Part shown: positions 1-12,600 of the stretch, in pieces | Numbering within the stretch: position 1 is the first letter of the stretch | How the letters are laid out: each line of letters starts with the position of its first letter | Assembly: GCA_964426185.1 (NCBI GenBank) | Contig: CAYRPF010000029.1 | Span: 6,571-35,026, forward strand | Reading direction: 5' to 3' | From: an uncultured archaeon | Lineage (GTDB): Archaea; Asgardarchaeota; Lokiarchaeia; Sigyniarchaeales; Promethearchaeaceae | DNA: 28,456 nt | The notes under the pieces: generated by a model | Databases searched by the model: none | What the model saw: the letters and a program-made list of their open reading frames with translations, nothing else | Told to the model about the DNA's origin: nothing | Program-made: the position numbers and the translations under genes

Positions 1-369
1 CGGGAATCATTTTTAGTATTCTATCTTTAATAATTCATTTAATCATAAGCTTGATGAATCAATATTTAATCCCATTTTTATTTTCGATTTGGGACAGATT
101 TTCAATCATATTCTTCGATTTATCAAATAATATTAACTGTTTATCAATTTTTCTTCTTAATTTTTGGTATAATACTGATAGCATCCATTAAAAATACCGA
201 AGATTATAAACAAGGGTCTCGCTATGCTTTTACATTTTCATTTGGGGTTAAAATTGCATACATCTTTACTCCATTATTGTCAATCGTTATGAATTTGATA
301 TATTTGATATCGTTTTTGGAAAATCTCATCATTTTTATAGAGTGAACGTTTGATCTGCATGACTCTTGA

Positions 370-1299
370 ATGAAATCATTATTGAATTCCACTATTAAAT
401 CCATCCACTGGAAAGAATATCTCTTATTGGTGATCTCGATGTTTTTTTGGGGGCTCAGTTGGCCGCTTACTAAAATTTTAGTATCTTATGCAACCTCTTT
501 TCAACTCGGATTCTTCCGATTCTTGATAGCAGGTGTAATATTCCTATGTATCTTTTTTATTCGCTATCGAAAACAGAATAAAGTATATTCATGGCAAACT
601 TGGTTTCAGTTCGGAATTTTAGGATTATTAGGGATTTTTGGATATGGAATTCTATTTTTGACCGCAATGCGGTTTACTACTTCAGCACAAGGTGCAGTAA
701 TTGCTGGTATTCAACCGGCAATGATCTCTATTTTAGCAGGTCTTATCCATCATGAACGACTTCAGCCTGCTTGGCGCTATTGGGGTTTGTTGTTCAGCTT
801 TCTGGGTGTAATTTTAATCATCGGGATTCAACCATTTCTAAATTTCAATAGAGATCATTTTATTGGTAATTTAATTGTAGTAATTGCATTTCTATGTTTT
901 GCTTCATACAGTGTTTATGGGAAAACAGTTATGCAAAGCAATGACTCATATGAAACCACTACTTGGGCCACAGTTATCGGAATGGGATTATTCGCCATGA
1001 GTGCAGTAGTAGAAAACAAATGGGCTGAAGTACAGTTGAATCACGAATTTTTATGGGTGGGAATAATCATTCTTGGAGTTGGAACCACCGTAATCGCCTT
1101 CTTTTCATATTTTTATGCCATAAATAGGATAGGTGCTACAAAAACAGGAATTTTTATTAATTTAGTTCCAGTTTTCGGCACATTGACCTCTGTTTGGCTA
1201 CTAAATGAACAACTCACTTGGACATTATGGGTGGGGATGATCTTAATTTCAATTGGAATCGGTTTCATTAATTTTCCAAGGAACTCAAATTCAAAATAG
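370..1299 (+). CDS. DMT/EamA family transporter (10 TM, two EamA repeats)
   Basis: Hydrophobic 309 aa with EamA motifs 'FFWGLSWPLTK', 'FFRFLIAG', 'AMRFTTSAQGAVI', 'AINRIGATKTGIFINLVPVFG', 'LLNEQLT'. Confidence 0.93.
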   Translation: MKSLLNSTIKSIHWKEYLLLVISMFFWGLSWPLTKILVSYATSFQLGFFRFLIAGVIFLCIFFIRYRKQNKVYSWQTWFQFGILGLLGIFGYGILFLTAMRFTTSAQGAVIAGIQPAMISILAGLIHHERLQPAWRYWGLLFSFLGVILIIGIQPFLNFNRDHFIGNLIVVIAFLCFASYSVYGKTVMQSNDSYETTTWATVIGMGLFAMSAVVENKWAEVQLNHEFLWVGIIILGVGTTVIAFFSYFYAINRIGATKTGIFINLVPVFGTLTSVWLLNEQLTWTLWVGMILISIGIGFINFPRNSNSK

Positions 1300-1369
1300 A
1301 GTAATAGAGTAATTAATTAACTTCACTAAAATCCGATTTATCAGAAATTCTATTAACGAGAATTCAAAA

Positions 1370-1396
1370 CTAATGAAAAAGAAAAAGATAAAAAAT
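1370..1396 (-). terminator. Oligo-T terminator region downstream of the actin gene
   Basis: A-runs on + (T-runs on -) just downstream of the actin stop at 1408, in the convergent intergenic gap; typical archaeal oligo-U terminator. Confidence 0.5.
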
Positions 1397-1407
1397 TGAA
1401 AAAGATT

Positions 1408-2553
1408 TTAGAAGCAACGGTGAATTACCTGTGGACCGAGCTCTTTATACTCACGTCGAGTTACCCACATTCTCTGGAAAGTCTTCAAACTCGCCAAAAT
1501 AGAACCACCAATCCAAACAGAATACATACGCTCTGGTGGTGCGATGATTTTTACATCCACCGATTCAGGAATTTGTTCTTTGATTTCCTTGGTCAAGCGC
1601 TCCTTCAAGCCAGGATACATGGTTGAACCACCAGAAAGCACAATATTGCTGTAAAGATCACGACGCAAATCGACATCACATTGTTTAATGGCATTGCAAA
1701 TGACATCATCTAACGGGGGTAATTCTTTTCCAAGCACACCTGGATTGAAGAAGCATTCGGGAGCCAAAAATCGCTCTACAGACACTGTAATAGTTTCACC
1801 ATCTGGTAGCATATAGACTTTTTCCATTCCGGCTACTTTCTTAGAAAGCATAATTTCTTTTTCTGGATCGAGCGCGATATAGCAGAGCTTTTCTTTGATG
1901 TCCCGCACTATTTCTTTTTCTGCAGAGGTTGTGAAAGTAAAACCTTTTTGTCGCAATAATCGTTGTAAGTAACTGGTAATATCACGACCTGCTAAATCTA
2001 AACGTGAGATTGCATGAGAAAGTGCAAATCCTTCGTAAATGGGGACAACGTGTGAAACACCGTCACCAATATCAATAACACACCCTGTTGTTCGCCCAGA
2101 TGCGTAGAGAGAGAGCACTGCTTGCATCGCGACATATAACGCTGGGACGTTGAAAGTTTCAAACATAATCTCAGCCATTTTCTCTCGATTCGGTCGGGGG
2201 TTTAACGGTGCTTCAGTTAATAAAACTGGGTGTTCAGAAGGATCAACACGTAAATCCGTATAGAATGTATAGTGCCATATTTTTTCCATTGCAATCCAGT
2301 CTTCAATTACACCATGCTCCACTGGGAACATGAGTTTCAACACACCTTTCAATTGTAAAGCTTCTTCACCAATATAGTATTCGCGGGTATAATGTTCAAC
2401 ATCGGTCATAATACTGGTGTATTTTGGATACCCGATGAGGGTCGGGAAGACCGAACGAGGTTGATCTTCTCCTGCGAATCCATTTTTGGAGATACCGGTT
2501 CCATTATCGACCACAAGGGGCTTTGCGGCCAGCCAATCGCTTTCATTGCTCAT
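1408..2553 (-). CDS. Actin (Lokiactin / Asgard actin), ~381 aa
   Basis: Near colinear with eukaryotic actin: 'LVVDNGTG', '[13 protein letters not shown]', '[18 protein letters not shown]', '[20 protein letters not shown]', '[14 protein letters not shown]', 'DIGDGVSH', '[10 protein letters not shown]', '[19 protein letters not shown]', C-terminus 'IHRCF'. ATG at 2553 preferred over the GTG at 2562. Confidence 0.98.
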   Translation of the reverse strand: MSNESDWLAAKPLVVDNGTGISKNGFAGEDQPRSVFPTLIGYPKYTSIMTDVEHYTREYYIGEEALQLKGVLKLMFPVEHGVIEDWIAMEKIWHYTFYTDLRVDPSEHPVLLTEAPLNPRPNREKMAEIMFETFNVPALYVAMQAVLSLYASGRTTGCVIDIGDGVSHVVPIYEGFALSHAISRLDLAGRDITSYLQRLLRQKGFTFTTSAEKEIVRDIKEKLCYIALDPEKEIMLSKKVAGMEKVYMLPDGETITVSVERFLAPECFFNPGVLGKELPPLDDVICNAIKQCDVDLRRDLYSNIVLSGGSTMYPGLKERLTKEIKEQIPESVDVKIIAPPERMYSVWIGGSILASLKTFQRMWVTRREYKELGPQVIHRCF

Positions 2554-2604
2554 AATAATCACAAAAAGTTTGGGTTCGAAATATCGTTTTTTTACATGCG
2601 GAAA

Positions 2605-2652
2605 AACTAAGTTTCTTAGTTATAATCTTCCCTTCGAACTTAAAAACTTTTA
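2605..2652 (-). promoter_or_regulatory. Putative BRE/TATA promoter of the actin gene, with a palindrome at the predicted TSS
   Basis: Minus strand reads AAAAG-TTTTTAAG (2651-2639); perfect 7-bp inverted repeat AACTAAG-ttt-CTTAGTT at 2605-2621, ~25 nt downstream. Confidence 0.45.
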
Positions 2653-2903
2653 CTCGATAAAGGAAAAGAAGGGGAGATGGGGAATGAAGGAGAGTAAAAA
2701 GCAGAACGAAAAAAAAGTATCAAGAATGGAAAGCATAAAAATAGGAAAAACGAAGGAAAAAAAACCTAGATAGATTAGGTGCAAACGCCAAGAAATACAA
2801 CTAATAGAAAGGTTACATTAATAAAATCCAATCTTTATTTTATCGATTGAAAATAAAATAAATTACAGATAAATAAACCTAAATCAAGGAAGAAATTAAT
2901 AGA

Positions 2904-3129
2904 AAGGAAGTCCGCAAATTAATAAAAACAGAACCATAAGAAATTGAGAATTCTTGACTTTGGTGTTCCTGGGAAATCACTCAAATTTTTTACTTCTTTT
3001 ATCTTTCCTTCCTTAAGGATTTTTGAAAGGAGGAAATAGAAGAAATTTATAAGAATAGGTTTGATTCTTCACCATTAGATATTTCTTCAGTGGTTTCGCA
3101 CCCCAAGAGTTATCCCCTCCTACTGCTTG
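2904..3129 (+). repeat. Degenerate direct-repeat copy of 4340-4723 (3' end of surface-protein gene, intergenic, 3' end of lacZ)
   Basis: 3013-3129 vs 4607-4723: 117 bp ungapped, 12 mismatches by hand count (~90%). 2931-3000 aligns with 4472-4540; 2904-2934 aligns with 4340-4370. Confidence 0.92.
3013..3129 (-). pseudogene. Orphan fragment duplicating the last 38 codons of the beta-galactosidase
   Basis: Encodes [38 protein letters not shown] vs [38 protein letters not shown] at the end of 4607-7795. Confidence 0.88.
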
Positions 3130-3303
3130 AAGGGGGAGAAGAAAAACGAGTCTTATTTTAAAGAATGGTATAAATTTCCTCCCATTTGAGAACACCTTCA
3201 CCTTGTTCTGGAAAGAAAAAAGAATAAATAGAAAGATAGATTGATGATTAAAAATCTACATAAACAACAACTAAATCAGCAAAGAAAAACGGATTGTGTG
3301 ATT

Positions 3304-4497
3304 ATGAAAAAAAAACTATCAATTTTTGAATATACATTAATTTTCACCTTTCTGGGGATATTTATTATCAATTCCCAGCTAACTACTTCAATTTTCGCCT
3401 TTAACATGGTGGCTGAAGATATTCCTAATGGAAATGCTAATGAAATTCATATTAATACTGGGGAATCCTTCATATGGAATACTACACGAAAAGATCTCAC
3501 AGATTATTCCTATTTAGAACGTTGGGACATTACAAAAAAATCCAACGACGGTCTTTATGCCAATATTTTCACTTCTAATGATGGCAATCACTGGATATCG
3601 AGTTTAATGAATGATAGAGTTATCTATTTCTATCCTGAAGGTGGTTTTAGTATTCATCAAGCTGGACCTAAACTCGTACCTGTCCCTATTAATGCAACTA
3701 GCTTAATTCTGCAAATTGAAGGAACTTGGGCTTACTTTCTTAATCTTGAGTTTACGACTTGGAATTGGGATGGAAGGATATTAAGAGTATGGAATAATTA
3801 CGCCCCCGAAATTGGTGATGTATTAGAAAATTATTATTTGGAAGTTCATTATAATAATGATGGTGTTTTACTGCAGTGGAATGAAACATTTAGTATTAAT
3901 GGTCAATACTATCAAATATTAACCAATTTGGTTTCAAGGGGTGGAAAAGAGTATGTTCCAGCATCCAGTGAACCGATAACTATATCATTTCCTTCCTATA
4001 ACAATTTAACAGCATCGATTAGTGTTGCTACTTCAGATGCAGTTAATTTTTCTTTATCTATATCAAATCCTAGTGATTTTCTTCTCAATGGAACACCCTC
4101 ACAAATGGTGGCTTTACTGGAATTGAATTGTTCAGATCCTTCAAAAGTCAACTTTCCGGTAACTCTATCTATTCAGTATACTGATGAGCAATTAGAACAT
4201 TGGGGGTTGAGTATCGAAACGTTGGCATTTTGGTATCTAAATGATTCAGGAAATTGGGAAGAACTTCCAACCAAAGCATATCAAGATAGCCATCGAATTG
4301 AAGTACAGCTTTCTCATTTTTCAACCTACGGTTTAGCTGAAGGAACTCCTGAATTAGTAAAAAACAGAACAAATGCTATTCCTGGGTACGGCAGTACTCT
4401 ATATGAGATTTCACCCTTATTATTCATCTTATCTATTGTTCCGATTATTGCACTGATTTATCGATTGAAGCGAACCTTAAAAATTGAAAGTTCTTGA
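3304..4497 (+). CDS. Secreted, C-terminally anchored cell-surface (glyco)protein with Loki-CTERM-type sorting signal and juxtamembrane HFS-motif domain
   Basis: N-terminal MKKK + hydrophobic signal (ATG 3304 preferred to TTG 3241); many N-x-S/T sequons (NTT, NAT, NET, NLT, NFS, NGT, NCS, NDS, NRT); C-terminal IPGY + TM helix + basic 'RLKR'; 'GNWEEL...LSHFSTYGL' domain before the anchor. Confidence 0.85.
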   Translation: MKKKLSIFEYTLIFTFLGIFIINSQLTTSIFAFNMVAEDIPNGNANEIHINTGESFIWNTTRKDLTDYSYLERWDITKKSNDGLYANIFTSNDGNHWISSLMNDRVIYFYPEGGFSIHQAGPKLVPVPINATSLILQIEGTWAYFLNLEFTTWNWDGRILRVWNNYAPEIGDVLENYYLEVHYNNDGVLLQWNETFSINGQYYQILTNLVSRGGKEYVPASSEPITISFPSYNNLTASISVATSDAVNFSLSISNPSDFLLNGTPSQMVALLELNCSDPSKVNFPVTLSIQYTDEQLEHWGLSIETLAFWYLNDSGNWEELPTKAYQDSHRIEVQLSHFSTYGLAEGTPELVKNRTNAIPGYGSTLYEISPLLFILSIVPIIALIYRLKRTLKIESS

Positions 4498-4606
4498 CTT
4501 TAGTGCTTTTAGAAATAACTCTATTTTTACTTTTTTCCGTCCAATTTTATGCTAAATTTTGTCTCAAGCTTTGATGAGAGCATTATTGAATAAAAAAGGG
4601 GAATAA

Positions 4607-7840
<3,234 letters not shown>

Positions 7841-8800
7841 TCACGCCTTTTTTGGGGGAAAAGAATCTATCGAGTAATTCCTCCATTTTTGAATAACTTC
7901 TATAGATTCAGTTCCCATCTCATAATTTCTATGCCAATTTAGGGAAACTGGCATTTCTTGATATAATTCTTTTCTCAAAGCCTCTAAAGGAACACGTTTG
8001 TATCCCATAAAATCTGCGGCAGATAAAACGCGCCCAGATGAATTTTTATCTAAACGGTCGATAAAGTCAAAACCCTCCAAGAATCGCAGTAAGTGATGAT
8101 CAATTATCAGAGTTGGGATATTTTTTGCCAATTTTACTGCTTGATTCCATGCGAATGACTCAAATTTCTTGCGAACGGATGAAATATACAAAGGAGGTCC
8201 TGCAATATAAGCAATTGTTGGCTTAAAATCAAGAATCCAGTTAATACTTGCTGAGTTGAGCATTTGTATATCTGAACCAAATAGAAATCTGTTCGATCCT
8301 TCAGTAATACCGACCATCATTACAGTATTTTTGCTTTGTTGGATTTCTCCATGAGCCATTGGAGGAGAAAAATGCAAATTTCCTTCTATCTTACCTTCAA
8401 ATATGTTAAATTTTTTTTTTAGAAGATGTTCCAATTGTTTCCTTCTTTTTTTTGCAGTACTCGAGATTTTTTCTTCACTTTTACAATAAATATTTACTTT
8501 TTGTAAAAACGGAATTATATTTGAAGCATCAAGCTGATAAATATCAGCGTTCACCATTGGATGATGATCTCCGTGAAAGTGGGTGATAACCACATCTGTA
8601 GCATCTTTCAATTCGTGAATAATATTTATACGAAGAACCCTTGCAGCCACAATTTGAAAAGGGTGCGGGAGTAGTTGAAACCGTCCCCTATCCAATGCTA
8701 TGCCTGGATCAATTACAATTTTCTGTGACCTTGTTTTTACTACGCATGCCATGCTTCGTGCACCAAAGGATTCAGCCGCGATACACTTTATTTCCACCAA
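7841..8800 (-). CDS. MBL-fold metallo-hydrolase (UPF0282/COG2248-like)
   Basis: 'AAESFGARSM', 'IVIDPGIAL', metal motif 'ITHFHGDHHP', 'HGE', 'FGSDIQ', 'IIDHHLLR'. Confidence 0.9.
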   Translation of the reverse strand: MVEIKCIAAESFGARSMACVVKTRSQKIVIDPGIALDRGRFQLLPHPFQIVAARVLRINIIHELKDATDVVITHFHGDHHPMVNADIYQLDASNIIPFLQKVNIYCKSEEKISSTAKKRRKQLEHLLKKKFNIFEGKIEGNLHFSPPMAHGEIQQSKNTVMMVGITEGSNRFLFGSDIQMLNSASINWILDFKPTIAYIAGPPLYISSVRKKFESFAWNQAVKLAKNIPTLIIDHHLLRFLEGFDFIDRLDKNSSGRVLSAADFMGYKRVPLEALRKELYQEMPVSLNWHRNYEMGTESIEVIQKWRNYSIDSFPPKKA

Positions 8801-8864
8801 ATTTCACCGATTTTATCTGATAATGTTAACTTTTTTTTTCGAGGATTTATATGTAGTACCTAAG

Positions 8865-9164
8865 ATGTCGAACTCTTCCTACCCAGAATTCACAGTAAAT
8901 TTATATGGCCCTTTTTATTCATTAACTCGAAAAAAAAAGGTTACCTTCACAAATGATCATCAACTGCCAACCGTAAAAGAAATGCTACAGAAAGTAGTAT
9001 CGATCTATCCAAAATTGGAAGAATACATATTTGAAGATGATCATTTGGCAGAATTTACCACCATAGTGATTAATGGTGATTTGATTTCTGAAGAAGAATG
9101 GGAGAAGGTTCGAATCCACCCCGAAGATAGAATATCCCTATTCAAAGGTCAACATGGTGGATAA
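8865..9164 (+). CDS. MoaD/ThiS/SAMP/Urm1-type ubiquitin-like beta-grasp protein (99 aa), C-terminal HGG
   Basis: 'TVNLYGPF', 'TVKEMLQKV...YPKL', 'IVING', 'IHPEDRISLF..QHGG*'. ATG 8865 avoids overlap with the divergent MBL gene. Confidence 0.9.
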   Translation: MSNSSYPEFTVNLYGPFYSLTRKKKVTFTNDHQLPTVKEMLQKVVSIYPKLEEYIFEDDHLAEFTTIVINGDLISEEEWEKVRIHPEDRISLFKGQHGG

Positions 9165-9212
9165 CTAAAGTGTAAATAAAGTTAATAATAGAATAACAAT
9201 AGAATAATATAT

Positions 9213-9653
9213 ATGGCTAACGATGCTGAGAAAGAATTAAAGAAGTTTATCAAATTAAAAACCAATAAAAAATCGGATCAAATCTGTGTTCTGGTAAAAA
9301 TTCGAGAAGCTGTGGATATAACGGACGTGCAAATCAAGGAAGATGCAGATGGAATCTATAAAATCCGGGTACATTCCACAAATGAGAAGTATCCAAAATG
9401 GTATACCTTCGGCTATATGATTGACATAAAGAATTTACGGTTAAATTTTAAAGAGATTAAGAAGCAAAGCCAGGTTTTAGATGTATTAAACAACCCTAAC
9501 GCCGTTGTACATAAGCCTACCGCGCAACTATTGGACAAATTCGATAAAGATTTCGGTGGGATTCATCCGGATGGAAAAGGAAAATTGTTTTTCCGTACAG
9601 AACGTTTTAAAAAGAAGAAGGATCCGTTCAAAGTAAAAATGAAAGCTATATAA
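9213..9653 (+). CDS. Hypothetical basic protein (146 aa)
   Basis: Clean ORF filling the gap between co-oriented genes (48 bp and 14 bp spacing); no family recognised. Confidence 0.75.
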   Translation: MANDAEKELKKFIKLKTNKKSDQICVLVKIREAVDITDVQIKEDADGIYKIRVHSTNEKYPKWYTFGYMIDIKNLRLNFKEIKKQSQVLDVLNNPNAVVHKPTAQLLDKFDKDFGGIHPDGKGKLFFRTERFKKKKDPFKVKMKAI

Positions 9654-9667
9654 GCAAATTCTTTTAG

Positions 9668-12600
9668 ATGGACTATATGGAAACCGAACCGACCAACCGA
9701 GCGCGTGCAAAACTCCAATTTTGGAAATCCAGCTTTTTAGATCTTTCCTATCGGAACAATCAACTTAATTTTAATCCGATGGGTAAAAATGTAATTGAAA
9801 TTCTCCATCAAGACAGCTCTGCCTTTTTTAAAATTTTAGTAATCATGCAACAAACTTTTACCATCCCATCTGTATATTCTCCTTCAAAACGAAAAATAAA
9901 ATCGACAAAAGAACCCCAAAAATTAAAAATATTGGAAATTCCTTCTAAAATTGCAAGTAGTTTAACCAGTCCTCATATCCGAGCATTAAATAAAAAGAAA
10001 AAAGATTTAAGATTAACCGAATTGCTCACATATGAAAATGACATTAATTTAAAAAAAAAAATAGGAAATTTGCGGGCAAAAACCGAAGAAATGTTGGAAG
10101 AACGCGGCATAAACACGCTTTTTCTTACGTTTGGACTTCTCAATTGGCAAGAACCGAATGAAAAACAGAGTTATACTTCCCCCATTCTTTTTATTCCAAT
10201 AGAAATTAAGGCTAATCCTTTAGAAATCACCTTGTTAGATGATGAAGTAATTGTAAATCCGGCTTTACGTGAAAAACTCCGAGAATTCGGGGAGCATCTC
10301 CCAAATTTTCCTGATGAATTCAGTACTCGCACATTTTTAAGGTTTTTTTCTGAATTGAGTTCCAATATACAGGACAAGAAGAATTGGAAAGTCGAGTCCC
10401 GTCAGTTCATTTCCACATTTGCCTTTACAAAGGTAAATCTCTTTGAAGATATCGATGATCATGCCGATCTTATATTATCTCATCCAATTATTAAGGCTAT
10501 CGCAGAAGAACAAGGTTTTGAAGAGGCGCCCGAAAACATTCCTAATTTGGAGCAATTATCAGGTGAAGCAAATCCAAAACGGTTTTACACCTTGCTAGAT
10601 AGCGATTCAAGCCAGATGGAAGCAATACTATATGCAAAATCCGGCTGTTCTTTAGTTATTCAAGGTCCTCCTGGAACAGGCAAATCACAATGCATCGCAA
10701 ATATCATTGGAGAATGCTTAGCTGAAGGAAAAAAGGTACTATTTGTGGCTCAGAAAAAGGCTGCATTAAATGTGGTTAAGCGAAGATTAGATCGATGTGG
10801 AATCGGAGATTTTTGCCTGCTTGTCCATTCTCAGAATTCAAATAAGAAAAATCTGCTGCAATCTATCCAAAATACGATGGATCGAAATTTTCCCATACAT
10901 TCTTTACCAGAAAATAAGTTTCATGATTTAATACAAGCAAGAAATCGTTTAAATGAATATGTTGAATTGGTAAATCAGCCATTCGGTAAAATGCAAAAAT
11001 CAATTTATCAAATTGCTGGAAAAATGCTGAAATTTAAAAATATTCCCAAAATTCAGGCCCCTTTTCGTGATCCTAATTTAGTTACTTTCCAAGATTATAC
11101 TTTACTCAAGACGTTATTCGGAGAATTAGACCAATTCCGACATACTATGGAAAATTACTCCAAAAATCCTTGGTATACTGCCAGAATCACCCATCCCCTC
11201 ATATTATCCAACGAGTTGAAGGTCAGATTGAAAGAGTGTCTAACCCTCTTTAGAGAATCCAATTTTGCCCTCCAAGAGCAAATCCGCCAATTCCATTTTA
11301 AATTTCCCCTTAATTTTGATCATAATCCTGATATCATCACCGAATGGCAGCAGCAGCAAAGGAAAATTCAGTATTGGATGGAAGCTATGCGAAACCTGTT
11401 CCCCCACTGGTTGAAGTTGGAAGAAAGTTATCAAGAACTGCGGGATTATTTTGATATTGATGCTCTAATTGATTACACTCAATTAAATTTTGAATCTTTC
11501 CGCCAAATTCGTCTTGCGTTCAATTTAGGGAAAACTTTAAAAGATCAACTTAGTTCTCCAGTAGATGAAAAACTTCAAAAATACGCGGATATGCTGCAAA
11601 CCTTTCAAGATCACTTAAATGTGTTCAATCTGAAATCACTCATAGCACCCATTCAAACTGTGCAAGAATTAAGCGACGTTCACCAATTTTTTCAACGTTT
11701 TTACCCCAAAGCCTTGCTGTTACCAGTTGATTTATTAGTTTCACGTTTTACCACCGATTATCTGGTATGGAGAAAACGGTTATCCTCAACTTATAGAGAA
11801 GATCGAAAACAAATATTGGCATGCAGGAGAGAAGGCCGTAAAAAGGTTCGTCCGTTAGATTATTTAAACCAAATCAAGAAATTTCAAGATTCATTCGGTA
11901 AACCTTATCATCACACCGCTGTCGAAATCTCCAGCATGGTTTCTGAGTTTGAAATCTTATACCAAGATTGGGGTAAACTTCATCAAATGGAGCAGGAACT
12001 ACGGCCATTCTTCAAAATTTCCTACTTACCGACGGCCATTGATCAATCAATTTGGGACAATAACCATAGTTTTGCCCAGCAGTGGTTGGATAATTTACCT
12101 TATTTAAACGATTGGTTTGAGGTGCAAGTCAGGGCGCATCAGATTGCCGATTTAGGATATGCGGAGTTATTTAAGGCTTTACTCGATGAAAAATTTTATC
12201 TTCCTGACAATTACACTCCGGTTAGCTATGAACTTATTTTTCTCCATTCCTTTTACGGTTATTGGCTGGATAATATTATGGATAGCCTTCCTCCGCTGGT
12301 AAATTTCGAAAGATCCTTTTATATAAAGCAATTAAAGCGATTTCGTCAACGTGATGAAGAAATATTGAAAATAAATCAGCAGAGGTTGGCGCAACAATTA
12401 GCTCAAAGGCGGCCACAATCGGAAGTCGATTTGTCACTTGAAATTTTAACCCAAATTGGGTATTTACGCCGAGAAGCAAAGAAAAAGAGAAACATCAAAC
12501 CTTTACGGCATATATTTAAGGAGTCCCAACAATTAATCACGCAAATAACCCCTTGTTTTCTCATGAGCCCCCTATCCATCGCCAATTATTTGGATTTAGA

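Noticed and set aside
1-404. 222-404 minus ORF and short minus-strand ORFs at the window start
   Set aside because: Short, AT-rich, overlap the EamA start and carry no motif; a decayed gene cannot be excluded but cannot be supported.
2392-2773. Plus-strand ORFs 2392-2610 and 2486-2773
   Set aside because: Antisense to actin or running through the A-rich tract; Lys-richness reflects base composition.
3013-3201. 62-aa ORF as a functional gene
   Set aside because: Only the last 38 codons are lacZ-derived; the N-terminal part is unrelated low-complexity sequence with a GTG start.
8700-8864. N-terminal extension of the ubiquitin-like ORF
   Set aside because: Overlaps the divergent MBL gene; the beta-grasp fold starts after ATG 8865.
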